NCBI RefSeq assembly: GCF_006345805.1
Contig: NC_043000.1
Location: 10,230,001-10,294,000 of the forward strand
Length of the DNA stretch: 64,000 nt
DNA from: Octopus sinensis
Lineage: Eukaryota
Direction: 5' to 3'
Made by a program: the position numbers and the translations under genes. Every line of letters begins with the position of its first letter. Positions within the stretch are counted from its first letter, which is position 1. The notes under the pieces are model-generated. The model was not told the DNA's origin. It saw only the letters and a program-made list of their open reading frames with translations, and did no database searches. Below, in pieces: positions 63,075 to 64,000 of this stretch.

Positions 63075-63186
63075 TGTAGTAGTAGTAGTAGTAGTAGTAG
63101 TTTTATAACAAAAGCAAAGGATGATAATCATTATTTCTCGTGTGTGTGTATATTTACATATATATATACATACATACATACATACA

Positions 63187-63223
<37 letters not shown>

Positions 63224-63259
63224 ACACATGTATGTGATGTAATACAGAGTAATATCATT

Positions 63260-63347
<88 letters not shown>

Positions 63348-63628
63348 CAACTTTTATAAGTTTATATTACATAAACAAACATACAAACTTGCAAGTGATG
63401 TGACATACGTAAAGCCTACAATATTAATGATCCTTTGTACTATAGGTACAAGGTCTGCAATTTGGGGTTGGGGGACTAGTTGATTAAATTGACCCCAATG
63501 TTTCACTGGTACTTGATTTATCGACCCCAAAAGGAGAAAAGGCAAAGTCGACCTCGGTGGAATTTAAACTTATAATGGCTGACGAAATGCCACTAAGCAA
63601 TTTGCCCGGCAATAAGGCAATAATAATA

Positions 63629-63670
<42 letters not shown>

Positions 63671-63671
<1 letters not shown>

Positions 63672-63860
63672 CTCTGATGCAATACTATACAGTGACTCTC
63701 ATGGCTTCTGATCTTAACTCATTGGAAGTGTTAATATGTACATGTTTTTCTTGATGTAAAAGGTGGACTATAGCAAGTATTCTGCTCAATACCAGAGATT
63801 TTCTTGTCTGTTGCTTGACCATAACCAGTTGGGCATGTCCCATACTAGCTGACGATATGT
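63671..63860 (+). mobile_element. Family F 5' part, interrupted by family B
   Basis: GCTCTGATGCAATACT...GCTGACGATATGTG, then B sequence. Confidence 0.78.
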
Positions 63861-64000
63861 GGCAGAAACGTTAGCACGCCGAGCGAAATGCTTAGCGGTA
63901 TTTCGTCTGCCGTTACGTTCTGAGTTCAAATTCTGCCGAAGTCGACTTTGCCTTTCATCCTTTCGGGGTCGATTAAATAAGTACCAGTTACGCACTGGGG
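63861..64000 (+). mobile_element. Family-B SINE running off the window edge
   Basis: GCAGAAACGTTAGCACG...GTACCAGTTACGCACTGGGG. Confidence 0.9.

Noticed and set aside
3-63227. Dozens of ORFs rich in YI, CV, HT, MYVC, poly-N/H/L/S
   Set aside because: They are translations of di-, tri- and tetranucleotide microsatellites; no coding complexity.

Overview
AT-rich eukaryotic intergenic or intronic DNA, almost certainly from an octopus genome (inferred from the very high microsatellite load and the tRNA-derived SINE repertoire). I found no convincing host exon, intact protein-coding gene, rRNA, genuine tRNA gene or CRISPR array. Nearly all ORFs in the supplied track are translations of microsatellites or SINEs. 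The window is a mosaic of mobile elements, and the family letters below are my own labels. It contains tRNA-headed SINE families A and B, a modular C/E group, and a ~560-bp non-tRNA element F sitting in (AAT)n arrays. It also contains decayed non-LTR retrotransposons (RTE, R4/Dong-like, CRE-like, Penelope-like), two mariner families (one with ~510-bp inverted arms, one tandemly duplicated with its flank), non-autonomous Helitrons, MITE/foldback elements and a 100-N assembly gap. The most interesting layer is invisible in the ORF track: seven minimal type-I hammerhead ribozyme motifs from five unrelated sequence families, several tied to fold-back (inverted) junctions. The best case is a tRNA(Arg)-headed, microsatellite-containing, hammerhead-bearing short retroposon present as a ~600-bp head-to-head hairpin at 29468-30070. 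All calls were made by eye; family assignments and ribozyme activity are untested.
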